Source: a virus
IMG/VR virus record: IMGVR_UViG_3300045988_150048
Direction: 5' to 3' (one strand)
Length of the DNA: 37,699 nucleotides
Shown here: positions 23,621-33,069 of the stretch, piece after piece
Numbering within the stretch: the stretch's first letter is position 1
How the letters are laid out: every line of letters begins with the position of its first letter
The notes under the pieces: generated by a model
Databases searched by the model: none
What the model was told of the DNA's origin: nothing
Seen by the model: only the letters and a program-made list of their open reading frames with translations
Made by a program: the position numbers and the translations under genes

Positions 23621-24032
23621 ATCACCAGATATACGCAGATTTATAGCTGAAAAAATGAAGAAATCGGGGTTTAACGTAATAGCTTCGGAAATTCAAGAGG
23701 GTTATCCTAAACCGGCAGTATTTGTCTATGTGTATCCAGCGTCGATAACAAAATCCGGAGGATATTTGGAGGATGACGTTTATAGTGTAAACATTCAGTA
23801 TATTCCAAAATCTGAAATAGCACAAGAATGTGCCGAGGCGGCGGAAAAGATTCGTGAAACATTGATGTATAGCACGATCGACATACAGGACAGACATTTA
23901 ACAATGGAAACAATAGAAATGGTCATTGAGGACGAGCAATTAAGCGTGTCGTTTGAGATTCCGATAACACAGTCCATTGATGAATGTGACGATTATGACA
24001 ATGCAGAAACCATAGAAATGAGAGGTATATAA
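23613..24032 (+). CDS. Tail completion/terminator-like protein
   Basis: Position immediately upstream of the sheath gene. GGAGGA lies 8 nt before ATG 23613. Confidence 0.6.
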   Translation: MIKSPDIRRFIAEKMKKSGFNVIASEIQEGYPKPAVFVYVYPASITKSGGYLEDDVYSVNIQYIPKSEIAQECAEAAEKIRETLMYSTIDIQDRHLTMETIEMVIEDEQLSVSFEIPITQSIDECDDYDNAETIEMRGI

Positions 24033-24033
24033 C

Positions 24034-25083
24034 ATGGGATTATCAACAATAAATGTAGAATTTAAAGCAGCAGCACAAACCGCTGTAAAACGCAGTGCAA
24101 ACGGTACAGTTGCACTGATTTTGAAGGATGAAACCAAGGAAGATACCACATACGTTTACAGCAATGAGACGGAAGTGGTTAAGAGCCATTGGACATCAGA
24201 CAATCTAAATTACATAAATATGGCGTTTAAAGGTTCACCCAAAAAGGTGATTATCGAAAGAATTGCCGCAGAAGGAAGTCTTGACGATGCCTTGAAGCGT
24301 TTGGCAAATAAAAAGTGGAATTATCTTGCCGTTCCGTCATTACAGGACGGTGAAGTTAAGACTGTGGCAGATTGGATTATTGCACAGCGAACGGCAAAGA
24401 AACCGTTTAAGGCAGTATTACCGCATTCTGTATCAAATAACATCGGTATCATTAATTTTGATACAGATGATATAAAAATCGGCAGTAAGACCTATACGAC
24501 CGCTGAATTTTGCGTATATATTGCCAGTATTATTGCCGGAACTGCACTGAATGAGAGTGTAACAGGCAAAGTCATTTCAGAAATCAACAGTATTACAGAG
24601 AGTTTAACCCCCGATGCAGATGTTGATGCCGGAAAGTTAATTTTAATCAACGATGGTGAGCAGGTCGAAATTGCACGAGGTGTGAATTCATTGACAACGG
24701 TCGGAACGAATCAGACAGAGGATATGAAGTCAATCAAGATAGTTGAAGGAATGGATCTGATTGCAGAAGACATTAGAACAACATTCAAAGAAAACTATAT
24801 CGGTAGAAGTAACAGTATTGAAAACAAAGAACTGTTTATCGCCGCAGTGAATCAATATTTTGAAACACTGACAAAGGAAGGTGTGCTATATGACGGTTAT
24901 GAACATTATGCAGAAATCGACATAGACGCACAAAGAGAGTATTTGGCAAGCAAAAGTGTTGACGTTGCAAATATGAGTGATGTTGCAATCAAACAAGCCA
25001 ATACAGGCACATTTATGTTTATGGCGGCACATATTCAAATGCAAAACGCGGCGGAAGATTTGAAATTCGTTGTAAACATGTAA
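24034..25083 (+). CDS. Tail sheath protein (XkdK-like)
   Basis: 349 aa directly upstream of the tube gene. Called from synteny with the PBSX-like cluster. Confidence 0.75.
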   Translation: MGLSTINVEFKAAAQTAVKRSANGTVALILKDETKEDTTYVYSNETEVVKSHWTSDNLNYINMAFKGSPKKVIIERIAAEGSLDDALKRLANKKWNYLAVPSLQDGEVKTVADWIIAQRTAKKPFKAVLPHSVSNNIGIINFDTDDIKIGSKTYTTAEFCVYIASIIAGTALNESVTGKVISEINSITESLTPDADVDAGKLILINDGEQVEIARGVNSLTTVGTNQTEDMKSIKIVEGMDLIAEDIRTTFKENYIGRSNSIENKELFIAAVNQYFETLTKEGVLYDGYEHYAEIDIDAQREYLASKSVDVANMSDVAIKQANTGTFMFMAAHIQMQNAAEDLKFVVNM

Positions 25084-25101
25084 TCGAGGAGGTAGACATA
25101 T

Positions 25102-25554
25102 ATGAGTAGAAAAATTTCAGCACCTAACATTATTTCCGGTACACACGGCAAGGTATGGTGGGACGATTCGGCTGTCTATGAAATTTCAAGTTTTGAGGCA
25201 ACACTAGATCCAGATAGAGAAGACGTCACATTCTCCGGCGATATGATTAAAGACAGCAAGCTGATGAGTGTATCAGGTACATACACAATGAAAGTACGAA
25301 AAGTATTTTCAAGAGGTAAAAAGTTTGCCGAGGCATTTATGCAAGGAAAAGACCCACGTTTTACACTAATCAGCCAATTAAAAGACCCGGACGCATATGG
25401 GGGCGGATACGAAAAGGTACAACTAACTAACTGTTGGCTTGAAAGTGTTCCACTAACAGGTGGTGAAAACGGTAAGATAGTTGAGGAAGAATACAAGGGT
25501 GGTTTTACAGGATTGAAATTCCTTGAAAGCATTGAACCGATAGAACAGGATTAA
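25102..25554 (+). CDS. Tail tube protein (XkdM-like)
   Basis: 150 aa. GTHGKVWWDD..VYEISSFEATL...EDVTFSGDM pattern, plus position. Confidence 0.75.
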   Translation: MSRKISAPNIISGTHGKVWWDDSAVYEISSFEATLDPDREDVTFSGDMIKDSKLMSVSGTYTMKVRKVFSRGKKFAEAFMQGKDPRFTLISQLKDPDAYGGGYEKVQLTNCWLESVPLTGGENGKIVEEEYKGGFTGLKFLESIEPIEQD

Positions 25555-25575
25555 ACATTTTAGGAGGATATAAAA

Positions 25576-25977
25576 ATGACAGGACAAGAAAAACATACAA
25601 GATTGACGTTGGACGAAATGATAAGACGTTCAGAGCAAGTAAAGGAAGCAAAGAGCAAAAATAAAACAAAGGAATTGTACGTTGAAAGCCTTGACGGTAC
25701 AATCACAATAACAAAACCAACAAGAAATCAAGTAAATGACGCAATGAATATGGATGCGTCTTCAGGCGAATCGGATGCATATCTGGTGTATGAATGTGTG
25801 ACAGAACCGCCACTGAAAAACAAACAACTGCAACAGGCATATGGCTGCCAAGATCCATTAGATATTCTTGACAAAATATTTGAACCGGGCGAGGTAGTGA
25901 ATATCTCAAAAGCTGCATTAAGTTTTGCAGGTTATGTTGACGATAGCGTTAAGGCGGTTGAAGAACTAAAAAACTAA
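25576..25977 (+). CDS. Tail assembly chaperone (XkdN-like), zero-frame product
   Basis: Sits between tube and tape measure. LYVESLDGTITITKP...YLVYECVTEPPLKN pattern. Confidence 0.75.
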   Translation: MTGQEKHTRLTLDEMIRRSEQVKEAKSKNKTKELYVESLDGTITITKPTRNQVNDAMNMDASSGESDAYLVYECVTEPPLKNKQLQQAYGCQDPLDILDKIFEPGEVVNISKAALSFAGYVDDSVKAVEELKN

Positions 25978-26147
25978 TTGAACGCAACGGTGATTTTGAG
26001 TTAATACATTACTACGTCCAACGTGGTTTTGATTGGGACAGAATTGCCGGAGCTACGGGAAATGAAAAGGCATTTTTAAGAGCCAGTATGATAAAAGCAT
26101 ACGAAGAAGAAGCTGAAAAGATAAAAGCAATGACAGGAGGCGGTTGA
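25576..26147 (+). CDS. Tail assembly chaperone, -1 frameshift-extended product (G/GT-like)
   Basis: The -1 frame continues ..KKLIERNGDFELIHYYVQRGFDWDRIAGATGNEKAFLRASMIKAYEEEAEKIKAMTGGG* and ends 1 nt before the tape-measure GTG start. Confidence 0.6.
25968..25974 (+). promoter_or_regulatory. -1 programmed ribosomal frameshift slippery heptamer A_AAA_AAC
   Basis: The heptamer lies in the X_XXY_YYZ register of the chaperone frame, one codon before its stop. The -1 frame is open from 25962 to 26147. Confidence 0.65.
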
Positions 26148-26148
26148 T

Positions 26149-28569
26149 GTGGCAAAAAGTAGAAACATAGGAGCGACACTGTCGTTGAAATCCGGAAACT
26201 TCTTCGCAAATATGAAGAAAGCCCAAAATGAAAGCAATAATCTGCGTAGTACATTGAACAACACAAGCAAAAAAATTTCTGAATTAGGAGATAAAGCAAA
26301 AGTTGTTGGCAGTGCCGTTGGTAAACTAGGCAAAGGGTTAGCTATTGCCGGAACGGCAGCCGCTACCGCAGTAGGAACAATGGTAGCAAAATCAGTCAGT
26401 TCATTTGCTGATTATGAACAGCTGACAGGTGGTGTCGATACATTGTTCAAAGACAGTTCATCAGCAGTACAGAAATATGCAAATGATGCATACAAAACCG
26501 CAGGTTTGTCAGCTAATAGCTATATGGAAACAGTTACAAATTTTTCGGCATCACTGATTTCCAGTTTAAATGGCGATACAGCAAAGGCGGCGGATTATGC
26601 AAATTCAGCGTTGGTGGATATGGCTGATAATGCAAATAAGATGGGCACGAATATGACAGACATTCAAAATGCCTATCAAGGTTTTGCAAAGCAAAATTAC
26701 ACCATGCTTGACAACTTGAAGTTAGGTTACGGTGGCACACAAGCTGAAATGAAACGACTGCTTAGCGATGCACAGAAACTTACCGGGCAGAAGTATGATA
26801 TTTCATCATTTGCCGATATTACACAGGCTATTCATGCAATCCAAACGCAAATGGACATAACGGGAACAACGGCAAAAGAGGCAAGCACGACAATAAGCGG
26901 ATCGTGGGGGTCACTGAAAGCGGCGTTTGAAAATACTCTTGTCGGTTTGACAACAGGCGGAGAAATGTTTGATCAGAGTTTGGATGCACTGGTTGATTCG
27001 GCTAAGACGTTCGGGCAGAATGTTATACCGGCAATAACGGGTGCGTTAAGTGGCGTAGGTTCGTTAATTGAGAGCTTAGCTCCTGTCATTGTAGCAGAAC
27101 TTCCGTCAATGGTATCCGATATACTTCCACACCTTGTTTCAGCCGCAAAGAGTTTGGTTACCGGTTTAATCAGCCAATTACCTGCATTGGGAAAGGCTGT
27201 TTTAGATGCAATACCATCAATTTTTGACGGTATGACAGATGTAATCGGTGAAAGTTCTGTAGGAAAATTAAAAGGGTCGTTTGAGGGACTGAAAAATACC
27301 ATAACTGATACATTTTCAAACATTGGACCAATGCTTAAAGATTTCTGCGAGGGCGGTATATCAACATTCTGTGACGCATTATCTACGGCTATGGATTTAG
27401 CCAGCGGAGCTATATCGGTAATTGAGGCATTATCTCCGGTAATAGGAGCAGTTGCAGGGGCGATAATCACGTACAAAGGTGCAGTTATGTTGTGGAATGC
27501 AGCAGAAACGGCTAAAAATGTTGTTATGGGTATTTCAACAGCCGCACAATGGGCGTTAAATGTAGCTATGACAGCAAATCCGATTGGTATTGTCATTGTG
27601 GCTATCGGTGCATTGGTAGGGGCGTTTGTTGTATTGTGGAATAAGTCCGAAGGATTCCGAAATTTTTGGATCAACCTATGGGAAAAAGTTAAAGCGATTG
27701 TTACAAGTGCATGGGAAGGAATAAAAGCCGGATTTGAAAAGATAAAAAACGGAATATCAGCAGTCAAAGAAAAAGTGTCGACAATGTGGAACGGAGTCAA
27801 AGAAAAAACGTCAGAATTATGGGGCGGTGTAAAAAATGCTGTATCGGAAAAACTGAACAACATAAAAAGTGCATATGACGCACACGGCGGAGGACTGAAA
27901 GGTGCTACATTTGCGGCAATAGAGGGTGTCAAGGAATACTACAGGACAGGCTATGACGCAATTAATCAATTAACAGGCGGTAAGCTCGGCGAGGTTGTCA
28001 ATGCAGTTGGCGAGAAGATGGAAGTCGTAAAAAGTAAATTCGGTGAAGCATTTGGCAATGTGAAAAACACCGTAATGACTATTTTTGAAAACATCAAAAA
28101 CGGCATTGTTGAAAAGATTACGGCGGCAGTTGACACAGTTAAAAATGTGTTCACTAAAATTTCTGATACTGTATCATCTGTATGGGACAAAATAAAAAGC
28201 CTGCTGAAAGCACCAAAGATTGTGCAGACAGGAACTGTTACGGTGATGGGGGTTGATACACCTATTCCAAAATTCGGATTGGATTGGAACGCCAAGGGCG
28301 GTATTATGACACGTCCAACTGCATTTGGATTTGCAAACGGCAAGATTCAAATGGGTGGCGAAGCAGGGGCTGAGGCGATACTTCCGCTTTCGGCATTTTG
28401 GCGAAATTTGCAGGCATACACCGAAAACAGTCAAAAGAAAAGTCAAGGAAACAATGATATTAATATAAACGTCACCATTAATGCAGGAAATGCGAATGAA
28501 GAAGAAATGGCGGCACGATTTATAAATATAGTTGTACCTGAAATAAAACGACAGTATGCAATTTTATAA
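26149..28569 (+). CDS. Tail tape measure protein
   Basis: 806 aa, Ala/Gly-rich and helical, with central hydrophobic segments. GTG start with GGAGG 8 nt upstream. Confidence 0.9.
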   Translation: MAKSRNIGATLSLKSGNFFANMKKAQNESNNLRSTLNNTSKKISELGDKAKVVGSAVGKLGKGLAIAGTAAATAVGTMVAKSVSSFADYEQLTGGVDTLFKDSSSAVQKYANDAYKTAGLSANSYMETVTNFSASLISSLNGDTAKAADYANSALVDMADNANKMGTNMTDIQNAYQGFAKQNYTMLDNLKLGYGGTQAEMKRLLSDAQKLTGQKYDISSFADITQAIHAIQTQMDITGTTAKEASTTISGSWGSLKAAFENTLVGLTTGGEMFDQSLDALVDSAKTFGQNVIPAITGALSGVGSLIESLAPVIVAELPSMVSDILPHLVSAAKSLVTGLISQLPALGKAVLDAIPSIFDGMTDVIGESSVGKLKGSFEGLKNTITDTFSNIGPMLKDFCEGGISTFCDALSTAMDLASGAISVIEALSPVIGAVAGAIITYKGAVMLWNAAETAKNVVMGISTAAQWALNVAMTANPIGIVIVAIGALVGAFVVLWNKSEGFRNFWINLWEKVKAIVTSAWEGIKAGFEKIKNGISAVKEKVSTMWNGVKEKTSELWGGVKNAVSEKLNNIKSAYDAHGGGLKGATFAAIEGVKEYYRTGYDAINQLTGGKLGEVVNAVGEKMEVVKSKFGEAFGNVKNTVMTIFENIKNGIVEKITAAVDTVKNVFTKISDTVSSVWDKIKSLLKAPKIVQTGTVTVMGVDTPIPKFGLDWNAKGGIMTRPTAFGFANGKIQMGGEAGAEAILPLSAFWRNLQAYTENSQKKSQGNNDININVTINAGNANEEEMAARFINIVVPEIKRQYAIL

Positions 28570-28584
28570 AAGGAGTGAGGGAAA

Positions 28585-29415
28585 ATGTTAGATTTTTACC
28601 TAAGCGTAAATAACAGCGAGGAGGTAGTGCATATTCCTGTCACTCCTCCCTCTTTTTCTGTGACAAATTCACAGTCAACAGAAACATTTGAATCAGCCGG
28701 ATATGGCTGGATTAAAATTATAGGAAATACCGAATTGCGAGGTGTTTCATGGGACGGAATATTTCCTGTCCATGACTATCCGTTCAGACGTGATGCGTCA
28801 ATGGACGGTCAAGAATACTACGAAAAATTAAAATCGTGGCAAAAACGAAAATTGCCTGTTCGTTTAGTGATTACATCAACTGGTTTTGCAAACATCAGCA
28901 TAAATATGGCTGTAGCCATAGAAAAATTAGATTTTGATGTTGGCACAACTGGCGATTTGGATTATTCGATTGAATTGGGCGAAGTAGAGCTGTTAAATGA
29001 TACGGAGGATACAAATATGGCACAGTTAGATGATTTGGCGGCAAGAATGGACGCAGTCGAAAAACGGTTGGATTCATTGGAAAATGAAAAAATCTATAAC
29101 TATATGGATGATAATATGCCTGATTGGGCGAAACCTACGATCCAAAAATTAATGGATAGGGGTTATTTGAACGGCACCGGTGATAATGAACTGGGATTGA
29201 CTATGGACATTATCAGAATGTGCGTGATGATAGATAATGCAAACGGTTTTGAGGGTTATACCGTTGACAGTATTCCTGATTGGGCTGCACCAACGATTGA
29301 AAAAATCAAGAAAAAGGGTTATTTGTCCGGTATTGATGATGACGATTTGGGACTGACAAAGAATATGATTCGCATATTAGTTATTTTAGACAAAGCCGGA
29401 GCATTTGGTGATTAA
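28585..29415 (+). CDS. XkdP-like baseplate/tail protein carrying two SLH-like repeats in place of LysM
   Basis: N-terminal VVHIPVTPPSFSV...IFPV pattern. C-terminal coiled coil plus two copies of (M/I)PDWA(K/A)PTI(Q/E)K..(D/K)(R/K)GYL(N/S)G...(N/D)(E/D)LGLT. Confidence 0.7.
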   Translation: MLDFYLSVNNSEEVVHIPVTPPSFSVTNSQSTETFESAGYGWIKIIGNTELRGVSWDGIFPVHDYPFRRDASMDGQEYYEKLKSWQKRKLPVRLVITSTGFANISINMAVAIEKLDFDVGTTGDLDYSIELGEVELLNDTEDTNMAQLDDLAARMDAVEKRLDSLENEKIYNYMDDNMPDWAKPTIQKLMDRGYLNGTGDNELGLTMDIIRMCVMIDNANGFEGYTVDSIPDWAAPTIEKIKKKGYLSGIDDDDLGLTKNMIRILVILDKAGAFGD

Positions 29416-29417
29416 AT

Positions 29418-31391
29418 ATGGCAAGTGGACAGGATTTAGTTAAAATTGCACAGGCTGAAAACGGCACAAAGGAAAACGGAACGAATAACGTCAAATATAA
29501 TACATGGTTTTACGGACACGAAGTAGACGGAAGTAATTATCCTTGGTGTGCGGTATTTGTTTCGTGGTGTGCGGATAAAGCAGGTATTACAACAGACATA
29601 ATGCCTAAAACGGCAAGTGCCGGTTATTTTGCACATTATGCAAATCAGGGACATGGTGAGGTTTTCACCAATAAAAATCCCGAAGCAGGTGATTTGTTTT
29701 TAATAAATTACAATGGTTCGGATTGGGCAAATCATGTAGGTATAGTTGCATCGTGTGACGGTTCCAATATCACAACGATTGAAGGCAATTCATCCGATAT
29801 GGTTCGATCCAGAACGTTATCAATGTCCGGATTGACGTTTGTTCATTTTAATTTGGATAGCAGTAGCGGAATGACTGCCGCTTGGACGGCACGAGAAGTA
29901 CCGAATATCGGCAGGGATTTAGCCACAAAAGCATATATGGCATATCAGTTATACACTGATAAATCATCAGGCGGATATAGCTATTTATGGGGCAGTAATT
30001 CGACAACTGCAAATGGTGGACTACGAAAATACAAAGAATTCTATTGTGTAGCAATGGGTTCATACTACGGTCCGGACGGAACATTTATCAAAGTGGAATT
30101 TGATGATGGGAAGACGATTTATTGCGTAAAGGCTGACGAAAAAAAAGACAGTGAAACAGACAGCAAACATATGTATCACGACTATCCGTTTGATCGTAAT
30201 GTATTGGAATTCATTATTGACAGAACAGTTGTGCGAAATAATGATGAATTTACATCAGCATTAAATGCCGCCGATATAAACCGTTCAGCACGAATCAAGG
30301 CAATATGGACTTCGGACAGCGAACCAACCTACGGCGGTGCAGGAAGCACAACGGCAGAAAATGAAAAAGAATATCATTTTATTGATACAAACGAGAAAAT
30401 TTCCATACATCCGACAATATTCAAACAAACACCAATGCAGTGTGACCGCCATAATGGTGGTTTAACGGTGTTATGCAACGATATTGATATATCATCATAT
30501 GTGGGCGATATATCGTGGCAAAATACCAAGGATACGCTTGCAACGCTGTTTAATTTCAGCGTACCAAAGGCAGGTGATATGAAGTACATCAATATGTACA
30601 AACCGCAAGAGGGCGATATAATTCGTTATAGCGGCGGTACACAAGAAGATTTTAGGGGTGTAATTATCGAAGTTGATGACGGCGATAATTACGTTAATAA
30701 ATATGTTGCCGGTGATGTGGGACAGTATCTGAACAAAACCAGTGATACATATCAATTCACTGCAATGCGTGCTGACGACTGCATTAAAAAAATATGCGGT
30801 GATTTGTGTATTCCTATTGTGATGATACCGGAATTACCGTTATTGATTACGCAAATTTATGTGGACAAGGCGGTATCAGATGTTATTGCTGACATACTGA
30901 CACTATGTGGCGGTGTACATAATTTTGATTTTGTTCCTGACGGCATCAGAATTTATAATTGTGCGGATATGGTTGTAAATCCACAATTCAGAATATCGTC
31001 AAACACCGAATTGAAAGATTCGATAAAGTATATCGGAAACGTTGAGCATAAAACCAGCATCGAGGACAGAAAAACAAGCGTAAAGGTTATTTCAGATACA
31101 GATGTTTTAACAACGCTGAAAGATGAAAACAGCATTGCACAATTCGGTTTTTTGCAAGAAGTTATCAAAGTCGGTGAAAATGAAGACGCAAAGGAAGTGG
31201 CAAAAAACAAGTTGTCGGAGCTGAACAATACAAGCGAAACATATTCCGGTGAAATTATTGAAGAACTGAACAGCTATACCAGAGCCGGAAGTGTTATCGC
31301 TATCGGTGATGAAAAGTATTTGATAAATAGCAGTCAGCACAGTATAAAACAAGGTGTGCATTACAATAAATTAGATTTGGAGCGATTATGA
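29418..31391 (+). CDS. Baseplate hub / XkdQ-like protein with an N-terminal CHAP peptidoglycan hydrolase domain
   Basis: YPWCAVFVSWCADKAGI (catalytic Cys) and HVGIVASCDGSNITTIEGNSSD (His) match CHAP. 657 aa. Position is after XkdP-like. Confidence 0.8.
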   Translation: MASGQDLVKIAQAENGTKENGTNNVKYNTWFYGHEVDGSNYPWCAVFVSWCADKAGITTDIMPKTASAGYFAHYANQGHGEVFTNKNPEAGDLFLINYNGSDWANHVGIVASCDGSNITTIEGNSSDMVRSRTLSMSGLTFVHFNLDSSSGMTAAWTAREVPNIGRDLATKAYMAYQLYTDKSSGGYSYLWGSNSTTANGGLRKYKEFYCVAMGSYYGPDGTFIKVEFDDGKTIYCVKADEKKDSETDSKHMYHDYPFDRNVLEFIIDRTVVRNNDEFTSALNAADINRSARIKAIWTSDSEPTYGGAGSTTAENEKEYHFIDTNEKISIHPTIFKQTPMQCDRHNGGLTVLCNDIDISSYVGDISWQNTKDTLATLFNFSVPKAGDMKYINMYKPQEGDIIRYSGGTQEDFRGVIIEVDDGDNYVNKYVAGDVGQYLNKTSDTYQFTAMRADDCIKKICGDLCIPIVMIPELPLLITQIYVDKAVSDVIADILTLCGGVHNFDFVPDGIRIYNCADMVVNPQFRISSNTELKDSIKYIGNVEHKTSIEDRKTSVKVISDTDVLTTLKDENSIAQFGFLQEVIKVGENEDAKEVAKNKLSELNNTSETYSGEIIEELNSYTRAGSVIAIGDEKYLINSSQHSIKQGVHYNKLDLERL

Positions 31392-31392
31392 T

Positions 31393-31668
31393 ATGAATAA
31401 CGGATATACAGAATTAGCAAAAATGCTGAAGAATTTAAGCAAGGGTGAAACCTATGGTCCTGTATTCGGCAGAATAACGCAATTACCGGATTTAATCATA
31501 ACACGCAGTAACAATATACAACTGACAAAAAATCACGTTGTAAGCATTGTAAATCTGTATGAACGTGATGCCGAAGGAAGATATATTCACAACGGCAAGA
31601 AAGTTGTCCTGTTACCGTATAACAACGATAACAGTTATATTGTGTTGGGGGTGATACAAGATGGCTGA
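31393..31668 (+). CDS. XkdR-like small baseplate protein
   Basis: 91 aa, called from synteny. Confidence 0.6.
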   Translation: MNNGYTELAKMLKNLSKGETYGPVFGRITQLPDLIITRSNNIQLTKNHVVSIVNLYERDAEGRYIHNGKKVVLLPYNNDNSYIVLGVIQDG

Positions 31669-32044
31669 TTATGTTACGACAGAACCGGCATTTGATTTTG
31701 AACGTGGTGATTTTGTTATTATAAACGGTCGTCCGAAAATGGTTGTCGGTATGGATCGCCTACGAAGTTGGATAGGAAAAGTACTACGAACGCAAAAAGG
31801 ACGATACAAGATATATAACGGAACATCATACGGAACGAGAATTAAAGACACATTTGTAGGTAAAACATTCACGCATGACTATATGTTATCAGAAATTCAG
31901 CGAGAAATTACTGATAATTTAGAGAAAAACAAGGATATTGTCAGTGTGGACGGTTTTTCGGCAACAGTAGACGGAACGCATTTAACAGTTGAATTTACTG
32001 TTACAACAGTGTACGGAACAACGGACTTAAAGGAGGCACTATAA
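31661..32044 (+). CDS. XkdS-like / gp25-like baseplate wedge protein
   Basis: 127 aa, directly upstream of the baseplate J gene. Confidence 0.6.
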   Translation: MADYVTTEPAFDFERGDFVIINGRPKMVVGMDRLRSWIGKVLRTQKGRYKIYNGTSYGTRIKDTFVGKTFTHDYMLSEIQREITDNLEKNKDIVSVDGFSATVDGTHLTVEFTVTTVYGTTDLKEAL

Positions 32045-33069
32045 TGGCAGAAACAATAACATCTATAACGGAACGTCTTCTGGCAGAAGTGCCGGAACAA
32101 TACGATACAACCGAAGGTACATACACATATGACATTGAAAAATCTGTTGCAGTCGAATTTGACAACGCATACGACCAATTAGAAACGGTACGAAAACAAT
32201 CGCACGTTTCGACTGCAAGTGGCACATATTTAGAAAAATGCGTTGCACATTTTGGTTTGTATCGAAAATCGGCAACGTATGCAACAGGGAACATAACGGT
32301 CACAGGAACATCTGGTGCAGTGTTGCCTGTCGGTAGCAAAGTGGCAGCCGGAAATGTCATGTTTACGGTGAATGATACGGTGACAATAGGTGATGATGGA
32401 ACTGCATCAGCACCGGTCATATGTGATACAGCCGGAACACAGGGGAATGTTTTAGCCGGCTATATTAATCGTTTTCCGGTTACAATCAGTGGATTGCTAC
32501 GGGTTACGAACGAACACGCAACCACAGGTGGCAGCAATGACGAAACAGATACACAACTGCGTGAACGATATAATGAATATATATCCCGACCCGTCACAAG
32601 TGGTAACAAATATCAATATATATCGTGGGCAAAATCCGTTCCGGGAGTAGGTGACGCTAAGTGTATCCCGTTATGGAACGGACCGGGAACGGTCAAAGTT
32701 ATCATTGTTGATACAGAAAATCAAATAGCTCCTGCGGAACTGGTAAAAAAAGTCAAAGAATACATTGACGATTTAAAACCGGTCGGAGCGGATTTGACAG
32801 TCGGTACAGCGGAAGAAATTGCAATCAATGTTTCGTGCAAAATCGAAATGACGGGAAATGTCACAGAGAATATCAAAAAAAATATATCTGAATATTTGAC
32901 GGAAATTTCGTTTTCAAAGGGTTATGTATCCTATGCTAAAATAGGACAGGCTATTTTAAATACTGATGGTGTAATCGATTATACGAATTTGACAGTTAAT
33001 CAATCTACAAATAATGTCCCGATAACTGAAACACAGATTGCAGTGTTGGGGGTGTTGAAAATTGACTAA
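32044..33069 (+). CDS. Baseplate J-like protein (XkdT-like)
   Basis: 341 aa. ..GT.G.....I.RF pattern, ETD.QLRERY motif, and position. Confidence 0.8.
   Translation: MAETITSITERLLAEVPEQYDTTEGTYTYDIEKSVAVEFDNAYDQLETVRKQSHVSTASGTYLEKCVAHFGLYRKSATYATGNITVTGTSGAVLPVGSKVAAGNVMFTVNDTVTIGDDGTASAPVICDTAGTQGNVLAGYINRFPVTISGLLRVTNEHATTGGSNDETDTQLRERYNEYISRPVTSGNKYQYISWAKSVPGVGDAKCIPLWNGPGTVKVIIVDTENQIAPAELVKKVKEYIDDLKPVGADLTVGTAEEIAINVSCKIEMTGNVTENIKKNISEYLTEISFSKGYVSYAKIGQAILNTDGVIDYTNLTVNQSTNNVPITETQIAVLGVLKID

Noticed and set aside
26973-27932. 319-aa minus-strand ORF opposite the tape-measure gene. Similar long antisense ORFs occur at 21339..22052, 16925..17605, 36741..37355, 9403..9828, 10831..11265 and 32001..32420.
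   Set aside because: These lie entirely inside well-supported plus-strand genes with recognisable motifs. They have low-complexity Ser/Phe/Ile-rich translations and no RBS. They are shadow ORFs of the true coding frame.
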